From positions 1-63,061 of the forward strand of contig JBGOSQ010000002.1 in the NCBI GenBank assembly GCA_041476045.1: a DNA stretch of 63,061 bases, given 5' to 3'. This DNA is from Thermoplasmata archaeon. Its GTDB lineage: Archaea > Thermoplasmatota > Thermoplasmata > Lutacidiplasmatales > UBA184. Position 1 is the first letter of the stretch, and each line of letters starts with the position of its first letter. Both the position numbers and the translations under genes were made by a program. Below are positions 1-8,391 of this stretch, in pieces. The notes beneath the pieces are model-generated. The model worked only from the letters and a program-made list of their open reading frames with translations, ran no database searches and had not been told where the DNA came from.

Positions 1-559
1 CGCCACCGAGGCCGAGATAGTCGGATCCGAGCCAGGAGTACGCGCCGGACCCCGCGGTGCCCTCGGCGGCCCAGACGTTCAGCGAGAACGTCGACGACGG
101 GCCTACGGTGGTCTTGTTGAGGGAGAACGTCATGCTCGATCCGCCCCCGCCGACGGAGTACGTCGTCTGGCCGTACGAACCGCTGCTCGCGATCGTGGAG
201 ATCCACGTGACGCTGGCGCCGTTCGTGATCACGGCGTACGCGGTGGCGTTGGAGGTGGCGGCACCACCGAAGAACACCTCGTAGAGGTAGTTCGCGGAAT
301 TGAGGACGAGGGTTCCGCTCACCTGCAACGTAACCGAGATCGTCGCGCCGCCCCCGTCGGTGCTCGACACCGACACGAGGTCGACCGCCGAATTCGAGGA
401 ATGCCCCGCCGATTGGGTGAACGACTGGGAGTATCCGCTCCCGGCGGCGGAAGCCATCGGGACCATCAGGACGATCGCCGCAAGAAGCGCGCTCGCGAGG
501 CCGATTCTGCTGGGAAGTGATCGGGGCTGCACCTCGCGCCCAGTTCCGTTCCGCTTCAT
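1..559 (-). CDS. secreted protein of unknown function, N-terminal part only (runs off the window start)
   Basis: ATG at 559 on the minus strand opens MKRNGTGREVQPRSLPSRIGLASALLAAIVLMVPMASAAGSGYS..., a signal-peptide-like N-terminus, followed by Ser/Thr/Gly-rich sequence. The frame stays open to position 1 and GC3 is high. It is absent from the ORF track because it has no stop in the window. Confidence 0.55.
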   Translation of the reverse strand, partial: MKRNGTGREVQPRSLPSRIGLASALLAAIVLMVPMASAAGSGYSQSFTQSAGHSSNSAVDLVSVSSTDGGGATISVTLQVSGTLVLNSANYLYEVFFGGAATSNATAYAVITNGASVTWISTIASSGSYGQTTYSVGGGGSSMTFSLNKTTVGPSSTFSLNVWAAEGTAGSGAYSWLGSDYLGLGG

Positions 560-627
560 GAACCTTCCCCCGGGCGATAGGAGCCCCGACGTCGTCGTGT
601 GCCGTCGGTAGGGGTTATGTCGGTCGT

Positions 628-1104
628 GTGGGTCGGTACCTCCCGGTGCGTACGATGCCGAAAGCCCGCGCCCGCGAGACGAAGACGCGACCGAGCCCGC
701 CGCCGACCGGCCCCGAGCTCGAGACGGTCCAGGAGCTCGGCGACCGGTTCGATGAAGCCTGCGAGGAGGCCCGCCAGCGTCGCGAGCACGCGGACATCTC
801 CCTTGGACCGACCGTTCCGGTCCCGATGGCGCGACTTCGTCCCGGCTGCCTCGCCTGGTCGCGCGAGATCCGAGTCGGCGTCGGAAGGGCTCTCCTCTAC
901 TACGCCATCGAGCCCGCGGAAGGCGGCGGCGCAGGCGCACTCCCGATCACCGACGTGGGGCGGGGGAAGCTGGCGTGCAACCTGCCGACGAGCGGCTCAC
1001 CGGCCGCGCGGCTGATCGGCGTCGCGACGTCGGACCCGTTCCCGAAGGGGTTCGCGGCGTTCGTCGACACCGTCCTCGCCAAGCTCCAGTCGGATTCGGG
1101 CTGA
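628..1104 (+). CDS. hypothetical protein
   Basis: 158-aa ORF with strong GC3 bias. GTG at 628 or, more likely, ATG at 655 (MPKARARETK...). No recognisable motif. Confidence 0.5.
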   Translation: MGRYLPVRTMPKARARETKTRPSPPPTGPELETVQELGDRFDEACEEARQRREHADISLGPTVPVPMARLRPGCLAWSREIRVGVGRALLYYAIEPAEGGGAGALPITDVGRGKLACNLPTSGSPAARLIGVATSDPFPKGFAAFVDTVLAKLQSDSG

Positions 1105-1150
1105 GCCCCGATTCCCGGCGGACCGCGGCTCCCCGGCGGAGCGAGAGCCG

Positions 1151-1987
1151 GTGGAAGAACAGATGAACCCGACCACGGATGTTCTGTCGTTGTCCGCTAC
1201 ACCAGGGCTTGCCGCCGGCGTCGCTGCGCTCGAGGTCCGGGACATCGCGAAGTCGTACGGGACCGTGCGGGCCCTTTCCGGGGTCTCGTTCTCCGTCGCC
1301 GCCGGCGAGATCGTGGGCCTCCTGGGTCCGAACGGCGCCGGCAAGTCCACCGCGATGAAGATCGCGCTCGGGATCCTGCCGGAGGACCACGGCGAGGTCC
1401 GGGTCTTCGGGAGGCTCGTCCGCGAGGACCCGGTGGCCGCAAAGCGGCAGATCGGCTACGTTCCCGAGACCCCGCAACTCTACGAGTACCTGACCGGGGC
1501 GGAGTACCTCGATTTCATCGCGGACATGTACGGGATGGAGCCGTCCTCGCGGGAGGCCCGCATCACGCAGTTCCTCACCGCGCTCGAGCTCAAGGGGCAC
1601 GAGAACGCGATGATCAGCGGCTACTCGATGGGAATGAAGCAGAAGGTCGCGCTCATCTCCGCCCTCATCCACCGGCCGCGCGTTCTCGTCCTCGACGAAC
1701 CGCTCAACGGGCTCGATCCGCGATCGGCCCGGATCGTCAAGGACCTGCTCCGGAGCCTCGCCAAGCGGGAAGGTGTGGGAGTCCTGTTCAGCACCCACGT
1801 CCTCGAGATCGCGCAGGCGATCTGCGACCGCGTCGTCATCCTGAACCAGGGGGCGGTTCTGGCCTCGGGCACCGTCGCGGCGCTGCAGGAGCGGGCGGGG
1901 CGGGCCGGCTCCGGCCTCGAGGAGGTCTTCCTCACGCTCACCGGAATGGAGGACCTCCGCGACGTCGTGAGCGCCCTCGCCCGGTAG
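1151..1987 (+). CDS. ABC transporter ATP-binding protein
   Basis: Walker A GPNGAGKST, signature-like SGYSMGMKQK, Walker B VLVLDEP. Start is GTG 1151 or ATG 1163. Confidence 0.9.
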   Translation: MEEQMNPTTDVLSLSATPGLAAGVAALEVRDIAKSYGTVRALSGVSFSVAAGEIVGLLGPNGAGKSTAMKIALGILPEDHGEVRVFGRLVREDPVAAKRQIGYVPETPQLYEYLTGAEYLDFIADMYGMEPSSREARITQFLTALELKGHENAMISGYSMGMKQKVALISALIHRPRVLVLDEPLNGLDPRSARIVKDLLRSLAKREGVGVLFSTHVLEIAQAICDRVVILNQGAVLASGTVAALQERAGRAGSGLEEVFLTLTGMEDLRDVVSALAR

Positions 1988-1995
1988 ACGGAACG

Positions 1996-3603
1996 ATGGA
2001 CCGTCGACGCATCCTCCGACTCGCCGAGGTCCTCGTCGCCTCGCAGATGCGTTCCGGCCGCAGCTCGTCGACGCCCTCGGATTTCTTCGGTCGACCGTTC
2101 GCTCTCGCGGTCATCGACGTCGTCGTGTTCCTCGTCGTCCTCGGCGCCGGTTCGCAGGCGATCGGGTTCGCCGATCGCGAACCGGGGCTCGTCGATTCGG
2201 CCGCCCCCCAACTGATGTCGTTCCTTCCGCTCCTCGTCCTCGGCGCGGTCCTCCTCGCCGGGGTCTTGTTCGAGCTCAGCACGACGAGTCGGTTCGCCGC
2301 GAGCGACGCCGCCAACTGGCTCCCGATCTCGCCGACGGAGTACGTCGCGGCCTCCTCGCTGGCCGCGACGTTCATCTACTCCGTCACCGGGGCGGTCGCC
2401 CTCGGGATCGGCGTCGCCGTCACCTGGTTCACGGGCGATCTCGCCGCCATCCTGCTCGCGGGCTTCCTGATCGTGCTCACGCTCTTCGTCGGCGGAGTGC
2501 TCGTCGAGATGCTCCGTGCCTCGACGCAGCGGATCACCTCCCTCGTATCCAAGAGGACCGGGCGGGCGACGCTCGTCCTTCGTATCGTCGTGTTCGTCGC
2601 AGTGGTCCTCGGATTCCAGCTCGTCTTCAACCCGCTCATCCTGTTCAATCTCCTCGAGAGCCTGACGACCGCGAACCCGCTCGTGTTCGCGATCCCGGTC
2701 CTCTGGCCGTCGCGCGCGATCCTGGCCATCCTGGCCGGCGATGCGTTCCTCGCCGCCGCACTAACGGCCGGTTGGATAGGACTTGCCGCGCTCTTCGTCG
2801 TCGCCGCGGCGTGGCTCCGTGTCCGGTTCTGGGCTCCGAGCGCCGCCGAGCTCGACCTCGGGCGACATGCGTATGCCGCGAAGCACCGCGGGCTCGCCGC
2901 GATCGGCCTCTCTCCGGGGGAGGCGAGCCTCGTCTGGAAGGACCTCCGGGGCCTCGTCCGACGTCGGGAGCTGCTCCCGATCCTCGTCGTGCCGCTCGTC
3001 ATCACCCTGATCTCGCTCGTTTCGGGGGCGACGACGGGCCCGGGCCGCAACGAATTCGGCGACGGGATCATCGCCGCGTGGACCCCGGGACTGTTCGCGC
3101 TCCTCCTCTCGGCGACCTCGATCGGGCAGGAGCGCCGGGCGATCCAGATACTCTACGCACTGCCCGTTCCCCCCCGGGGGGTCTTCCGGGCGAAGTCGAT
3201 CTCGATCCTCCTTCCCGCGCTGACCTTCTCGTTGGTCCTCTGGATCCTCGTCGGTCTCGTGCTGGCGCCGCCGTGGCGGGTCTCGGTGGGACTCCTCGTG
3301 CTCATGCCGACGATCTCCGCGATCGGATGCTTCCTGGGTCTCGCGTTCGCGACGCGCTACTCCGACTTCCAGGAGCGGCCGCGCCCGCAGTTTCTGCGGC
3401 CCTCCGCGATGATCGGGACGATGTTCCTCGGTCTCGTTCTCATCTTTGCGATCGCGTTCCCGTTGTTGCTGTGGTTGTACTCGGGTTCTTCGAACCTTCT
3501 TCCGCTCGCGGCGCCCGTGGCGATCGCTTCGGTCTCGCTCTCGGTGACCTACACGCTCGCCCGATCCGGGGCCGAGCAGCTCATGCAGGCGCTCCCGATC
3601 TAG
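1996..3603 (+). CDS. large polytopic membrane protein, probable permease partner of the upstream ABC ATPase
   Basis: 535 aa with many hydrophobic helices. It starts 9 nt after the ATPase stop. Resembles the large 'putative ABC exporter' type partners, with no motif-level identification. Confidence 0.65.
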   Translation: MDRRRILRLAEVLVASQMRSGRSSSTPSDFFGRPFALAVIDVVVFLVVLGAGSQAIGFADREPGLVDSAAPQLMSFLPLLVLGAVLLAGVLFELSTTSRFAASDAANWLPISPTEYVAASSLAATFIYSVTGAVALGIGVAVTWFTGDLAAILLAGFLIVLTLFVGGVLVEMLRASTQRITSLVSKRTGRATLVLRIVVFVAVVLGFQLVFNPLILFNLLESLTTANPLVFAIPVLWPSRAILAILAGDAFLAAALTAGWIGLAALFVVAAAWLRVRFWAPSAAELDLGRHAYAAKHRGLAAIGLSPGEASLVWKDLRGLVRRRELLPILVVPLVITLISLVSGATTGPGRNEFGDGIIAAWTPGLFALLLSATSIGQERRAIQILYALPVPPRGVFRAKSISILLPALTFSLVLWILVGLVLAPPWRVSVGLLVLMPTISAIGCFLGLAFATRYSDFQERPRPQFLRPSAMIGTMFLGLVLIFAIAFPLLLWLYSGSSNLLPLAAPVAIASVSLSVTYTLARSGAEQLMQALPI

Positions 3604-3672
3604 TCGAACGGCCGCACCGGGCGGGCGGAGGTTCGGCTATCGGGTGACGCGCCCGTAACTCCCCCGAGAGCC

Positions 3673-3680
3673 ATTATATA
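3673..3680 (+). promoter_or_regulatory. TATA-box-like element upstream of psmB
   Basis: ATTATATA in an otherwise GC-rich intergenic region, about 48 nt upstream of ATG 3728. AGGGAG lies about 6 nt before the ATG. Confidence 0.4.
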
Positions 3681-3727
3681 CGGTTCCTCGGTCCCCCGAA
3701 TCGTTTTCCCACAGCCAGGGAGTTTCG

Positions 3728-4399
3728 ATGCAGAGCACACCGACTCAACGCGAGCAGGAATACCTCAAGGGCACCACCACGATCGGCATGGTCTGCAAGG
3801 ACGGCGTCGTCCTCGCGACGGAGCGCCGCGCGACCGCGGGCAACTTCATCGCGAACAAGATGACCCAGAAGCTGTTCAAGATCGACAACAACATGGGCGT
3901 CACCGTCGCCGGCCTCGTCGGCGACGCGCAGGTCCTGGCGCGCTACCTCCGCGCCGAGGTCGCGCTCTACCGGCTTCGCCGCAGCGCCCAGCTCTCCGCC
4001 GAGGGCGCCGCGACGCTATTGGCGAACATCCTGAGCGGTAACCGGATGTTCCCCTACTACGCCTGGATGATCCTGGGCGGTGTCGATCTCAAGGGCGGTC
4101 ACGTCTTCTCCATCGATCCCGCGGGCGGGTCCATCGAGGACCGGTACGTCTCCGTCGGGAGCGGCTCCACGTTCGCCTACGGTATCCTGGAGGAGGGCTA
4201 CTCGCGCGACATGTCCATGGCCGATGGCGTCGATCTCGCCCTCCGGGGCCTGACGGTCGCGATGAAGCGTGACTCCGCGTCGGGCGATGGGTATATTATC
4301 CACACCATCACCTCCAAGGAATACAAGGAGTTCACCGAGGACGAGATCAACAAGCGCCTCAAGGCGCTCAAGATCCCGCTTCCCCCGGTGCTCGCGTAA
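3728..4399 (+). CDS. psmB: 20S proteasome beta subunit
   Basis: Short propeptide followed by the TTTIGMVCKDGVVLATERRATAGNFIANK catalytic Thr1 context. Length is 223 aa. Confidence 0.93.
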   Translation: MQSTPTQREQEYLKGTTTIGMVCKDGVVLATERRATAGNFIANKMTQKLFKIDNNMGVTVAGLVGDAQVLARYLRAEVALYRLRRSAQLSAEGAATLLANILSGNRMFPYYAWMILGGVDLKGGHVFSIDPAGGSIEDRYVSVGSGSTFAYGILEEGYSRDMSMADGVDLALRGLTVAMKRDSASGDGYIIHTITSKEYKEFTEDEINKRLKALKIPLPPVLA

Positions 4400-4456
4400 C
4401 GAGATCCCCTTTCCCGCCGGGTCCAACCCGTTCCCGCCAACCCCTTCGATACACGG

Positions 4457-6361
4457 ATGAGTTTCGACTCGCTCATTGAGCAAACAAAGCAAGCCCTCCG
4501 GGAAGTCCTTCCCGAGACGATCGAGGTCACCGACATCGAGCTCGAGGGCCCTCACATCGTCCTGTACACCAAGCAGCTCGACGCGTTCCTCTCCGGCGGG
4601 GATTACCTCCGGCAGGTCGCGCAGCGGCTCCGACGCCGCGTGCTCGTCCGCAGCGACCCCGCGATCCTATCGGACCCCAAGGAGGCCGAGGTCGCCATCC
4701 GCGAACTGATCCCCCCCGAGGCGGAGATCAGCGCCCTCTACTTCGAGCCGGAGACCGGCGAGGTCACGATCGAGGCGGCGAACCCGGGGGCGGCGATCGG
4801 CCGACAGGGGGCCGTCCTCAACGAGCTCAAGCGACGGATCGGCTGGGTCCCGACCGTCCAGCGGACCCCTCCGATCCCCTCGAAGACCGTCGAGGAGGTC
4901 CGCATCCACCTCCGGCACCACTTCGAGGAGCGGCGCACGTTCCTCAAGAAGGTCGGCGTCCGGATCGCGCGCGACCGGCTCCCCGAGAAGATCTGGGCGC
5001 GGAACACCGCCCTGGGGGGGTACCGGGAGGTCGGGCGATCGGCGCACCTCTTGACGACGCAGAACTCGAAGGTCCTCATCGACTGCGGCATCGACCCCGG
5101 ATCCGATCGAACCCCGTACTTCAACGCCCCGGAGCTCCTCCCGCTCGATTCGCTCGACGCGGTCGTCGTCACGCACGCCCACCTGGACCACGTCGGCCTC
5201 ATCCCGGTTCTGCTCAAGTACGGCTACCACGGGCCGATCTATTGTACCGCCCCGACGCGGGACCTGATGACCCTCATGCTCCTCGACGCGATCAAGGTCA
5301 CGAACCAGGAGGCGCGCAAGGGGCTCTACGATTCCTCGCACGTCCGCGAGATGGTCAATCGGGCGATCCCGCTCCGGTGGGGCGAGACGACCGACATCGC
5401 CCCCGACATGCGCCTCACGATGCACAACGCGGGCCATATCCTGGGCTCGTCGATCTGCCACTTCCACCTGGGCGACGGTGACTACAACTTGGCCTACTCC
5501 GGGGACATCAAGTTCGAGCGGAGCTGGCTGTTCAATCCCGCGACGAACCGGTTCCCGCGCCTGGAGACGCTGATCCTCGAATCGACCTACGGAGGCTATC
5601 GCGACGTGCAGCCCACGCGCCAGCAGGCCACCGAGGAGTTCAGCGCGCTCGCCTCCAAGGTCGTCGGACGCGGCGGCAAGCTCATCGTCCCGGTCTTCGC
5701 CGTCGGCCGTTCGCAGGAGGTCATGCTCGTGCTCGAGGAGCGGATGCGCGAAGGGAAGATCCCGCGCGTACCGGTGTACCTGGACGGGATGATCTTCGAG
5801 GCGACCGCGATCCACACCGCGTACCCGGAGTACCTCAACAGCCAGCTGAGGACCCAAATCTTCCAGCAGGGCGACAATCCGTTCCTCGCGGACATCTTCC
5901 ACCGGATCGATTCGTCGTCGATGCGGAACGACGTGCTCGACTCCAAAGAGCCGTGCATCGTCCTCGCGACGTCGGGCATGATGAGCGGCGGGCCGGTGAT
6001 GGAGTACTTCCGCGCGTGGGCCTCCGAGGACAAGAACGGGATCCTCTTCGTCGGCTACCAGGCCGACGGTACCTTCGGCCGCCGGCTCCAGCGGGGCATG
6101 GGCGAGGCGACGTTCATGGACGGTGGGCGCCAGGCGTCCGTGGGCGTCAAGCTCGAGGTGGCGACGATCGAGGGGTTCTCCGGCCACTCCGATCGGGTCC
6201 AGTTGATGAACTACATCGCGACCGTCGACCCCCGCCCGCAGCGGATCATCTTGAACCACGGAGAGGAGTCGAAGTCCGTCGACCTCTCCTCGAGCCTCCA
6301 CAAGCGGTTCAATATCGAGACGCGCGTCCCGTACAACCTCGAGGCCGTCCGGCTGTTGTAA
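4457..6361 (+). CDS. fttA: aCPSF1/FttA, KH-domain beta-CASP metallo-beta-lactamase ribonuclease (transcription termination factor)
   Basis: N-terminal KH-like segments, MBL motif VVTHAHLDHVG and a beta-CASP C-terminal half. The 634-aa length is typical for aCPSF1. Confidence 0.9.
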   Translation: MSFDSLIEQTKQALREVLPETIEVTDIELEGPHIVLYTKQLDAFLSGGDYLRQVAQRLRRRVLVRSDPAILSDPKEAEVAIRELIPPEAEISALYFEPETGEVTIEAANPGAAIGRQGAVLNELKRRIGWVPTVQRTPPIPSKTVEEVRIHLRHHFEERRTFLKKVGVRIARDRLPEKIWARNTALGGYREVGRSAHLLTTQNSKVLIDCGIDPGSDRTPYFNAPELLPLDSLDAVVVTHAHLDHVGLIPVLLKYGYHGPIYCTAPTRDLMTLMLLDAIKVTNQEARKGLYDSSHVREMVNRAIPLRWGETTDIAPDMRLTMHNAGHILGSSICHFHLGDGDYNLAYSGDIKFERSWLFNPATNRFPRLETLILESTYGGYRDVQPTRQQATEEFSALASKVVGRGGKLIVPVFAVGRSQEVMLVLEERMREGKIPRVPVYLDGMIFEATAIHTAYPEYLNSQLRTQIFQQGDNPFLADIFHRIDSSSMRNDVLDSKEPCIVLATSGMMSGGPVMEYFRAWASEDKNGILFVGYQADGTFGRRLQRGMGEATFMDGGRQASVGVKLEVATIEGFSGHSDRVQLMNYIATVDPRPQRIILNHGEESKSVDLSSSLHKRFNIETRVPYNLEAVRLL

Positions 6362-6431
6362 GGTCGTCGCGAAAGCCACCGTTTAATACGGCGGGCCGTC
6401 CTTGTTGCGGATTCTGATTCGGAGGAGTCGG

Positions 6432-6707
6432 ATGCCCCCGAGCGCGCGCAGATTTCTGGTCCCCGGATTGGACGGGGCCACCTTCGATCTCCTCGGCCCG
6501 TGGATGGCCGCGGGGGAGCTCCCGTTCCTCCGAACCCTGACGGAACGCGGGATGCGTGCACCGCTCGCGTCGGTCCTACCGGCCGAGACAATCCCTGCGC
6601 CGTACTGCTCCGCGGCGCGCCTCGATCCTGGCCGTCTCGGGATCTACGGCTTCACGGAACCCGACGGCGGACCCGGGCGCAGCACGATCGTATCGGCGGA
6701 CGCCTGA
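6432..6707 (+). pseudogene. truncated alkaline-phosphatase-superfamily (type I phosphodiesterase/nucleotide pyrophosphatase-like) gene fragment
   Basis: RFLVPGLDGATFDLLGPWMAAGELPFLRTLTERGMRAPLASVLPAETIPA...LGIYGF matches only the first ~90 aa of proteins that are normally ~450-550 aa. A stop at 6705-6707 lies directly before the next gene. GGAGGAG precedes ATG 6432. Confidence 0.45.
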
Positions 6708-6716
6708 TCGTCGCTG

Positions 6717-7871
6717 ATGCCGAAGTGGAGGATCGAGTTCCTCGCCTCCGTCCCGCCGGAGGAGATCTCCTCCGGCCTCGGCCGGGAGGTCTGGGACCTT
6801 TCCGCCGCCCTCGTCGCGCTGGGCCATCGCGTGCGCGTGCTCTATCCGGCGGCGTCCGCCGCGCCCCATCCCGCGTACCACGGCGTCGAGGCCGTTCCCG
6901 TCCCGACCCCGGGCGCCTCGCGCCGTCCGTTCGGCCGCGACATCGCGATCGGCCGCTCGGCGACAAGCCTCCTCGATCCGAACGCCGACCTCATCGTGGG
7001 CAACGATGAGAAGGCCGGCGCGATCGGACCCGTCGGCGGCCGCGGTGGGCGAGGCCCGGTCTTTGCGATGTTCGTCCACGACGTCGCGTTGCACACCTTC
7101 GATACCCTGCGACCGCTCGAGCCCTCGCGCGGGCTCCGGCAGCGCGTCGGCAACTGGCTCGATCGCCGTGCCTTGAAGAGCCTCGAAGGCACCGCCCTCG
7201 GACGAGCGCGCGCCATCCTCGTCGGATCGGCTCTCAACGAGGAGCTCCTCCACCGTCACTACGGCATCCCGTCGTCGCGGATCCACCGCCTGCCTCTCGG
7301 CGTTCCGGCGCCGCTCGACGTCGGGACGAAGGCCGAGGCGCGCCAGTCGCTCCATATCCCGATCGACGTTCCCGTCGTGGCCTTCGTGGGGCGCACCCCC
7401 GAGCGCCAGGGACTCCCCATCGCGCTCGAGGCGTTCCGTCGGATCCGCGTGTTCTTCCCCGGGGCGCGGTGCGTGGTCGTCGGTTCCTCCCCCAAGGCCG
7501 AGCCGGGGGTCCTCTCGCTCGGCGTCGTCGACGACGCGACGAAGGCGCGCGCCTTGCGCGCCGCCGACGTCTTCCTGTTCCCGGCGCGGTACGAGGGGTT
7601 CGGGATCGCCCCCCGCGAGGCGATGCGCTACGGCCTCGCGGCGGTGGTCAGCTCGCACGTCCCGCTCGACGGGATCGATCGGAAGGAGGCGGTGCGGGTC
7701 GTCGCCTCCGACGACCCCGGCGATTACGCGAGCGAGCTCGCCGAGCTTCTCGCGGATCCCGCTCTCCGGCGCCGCATCGGTGAGGCGGGGAAGGCGTGCG
7801 CCGACGATCTCAGCTTCGATCGGATGGCGGAGCGCTTCGAGCAGGTCTTCGTTCCGATGCTGGGCTCGTAG
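6717..7871 (+). CDS. GT-B glycosyltransferase (family 4-like)
   Basis: C-terminal ARYEGFGIAPREAMRYGLAAVVS contains the E-x7-E motif. Length is 384 aa. Confidence 0.85.
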   Translation: MPKWRIEFLASVPPEEISSGLGREVWDLSAALVALGHRVRVLYPAASAAPHPAYHGVEAVPVPTPGASRRPFGRDIAIGRSATSLLDPNADLIVGNDEKAGAIGPVGGRGGRGPVFAMFVHDVALHTFDTLRPLEPSRGLRQRVGNWLDRRALKSLEGTALGRARAILVGSALNEELLHRHYGIPSSRIHRLPLGVPAPLDVGTKAEARQSLHIPIDVPVVAFVGRTPERQGLPIALEAFRRIRVFFPGARCVVVGSSPKAEPGVLSLGVVDDATKARALRAADVFLFPARYEGFGIAPREAMRYGLAAVVSSHVPLDGIDRKEAVRVVASDDPGDYASELAELLADPALRRRIGEAGKACADDLSFDRMAERFEQVFVPMLGS

Positions 7872-8391
7872 ACGGCTCGGGGAACTCCTCGAGCCGCCAG
7901 TCGCGCGTCGACCGTCGGTGGGCCCCCGGGAGCCGCGGACTGCCGAAGATCCCCCAATCGCTCCCCTCCGGGATCGCTCCGGATTCCAATGCTCGCAGCA
8001 TCGTGCGGAGCGCGGCGCGGGCCCGTTCGAACGGGGCCTCCTCGTCCGGCCGATAGAGCGCGCGGGCCGGTCGGAGCTCTTCGACGCGGCCGTCGGCGAC
8101 GACCCAGACCCCGATGCGCTCGGAGCGCTCGGCGCCCGCGCGTTCGATGAGTCGCGCGGCCGCGCGGCGGCCAGGGATCGCGACCGCGACCCAGTCCGCC
8201 CACGCGCGCCGTCGGAGGGCCTGGCCGAAGACCTGGCGCGCGGCGCTGACCTTGAGCTCGACGAGGCCGAGCTCCTCGCCGCGCAGCGCCACGATGTCGA
8301 AGTAGTCGTGGCCGTCCGGATCCGCCCAGGTCCGGTAGCCCTGCGCCTCGAGGTGGGCTCGGACCGGGGCGCGGAGCTCGATCTCCTTCAT
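7810..8391 (-). CDS. PD-(D/E)xK-like (restriction-endonuclease-fold) protein, third gene of the mutS-mutL operon
   Basis: ATG 8391 overlaps the mutL stop (ATGA). The N-terminus VRAHLEAQGY...DYFDIVALRGEELGLVELKVSAARQVFGQ gives an E / D-x13-E-x-K / Q layout. The C-terminal ~50 aa are low complexity and overlap the 3' end of the convergent GT gene by 62 nt. Confidence 0.55.
   Translation of the reverse strand: MKEIELRAPVRAHLEAQGYRTWADPDGHDYFDIVALRGEELGLVELKVSAARQVFGQALRRRAWADWVAVAIPGRRAAARLIERAGAERSERIGVWVVADGRVEELRPARALYRPDEEAPFERARAALRTMLRALESGAIPEGSDWGIFGSPRLPGAHRRSTRDWRLEEFPEPSTSPASERRPARSAPPSDRS

Noticed and set aside
4667-6379. 570-aa antisense ORF opposite aCPSF1. The same pattern occurs at 18786-20909, 22264-24732, 37401-39812, 47026-49143, 54933-58094 and 55781-58567.
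   Set aside because: These are typical stop-poor antisense or off-frame ORFs of a ~70% GC genome. They have Arg/Asp/Gly/Pro-dominated composition and no motifs, and each fully overlaps a gene with clear family signatures.
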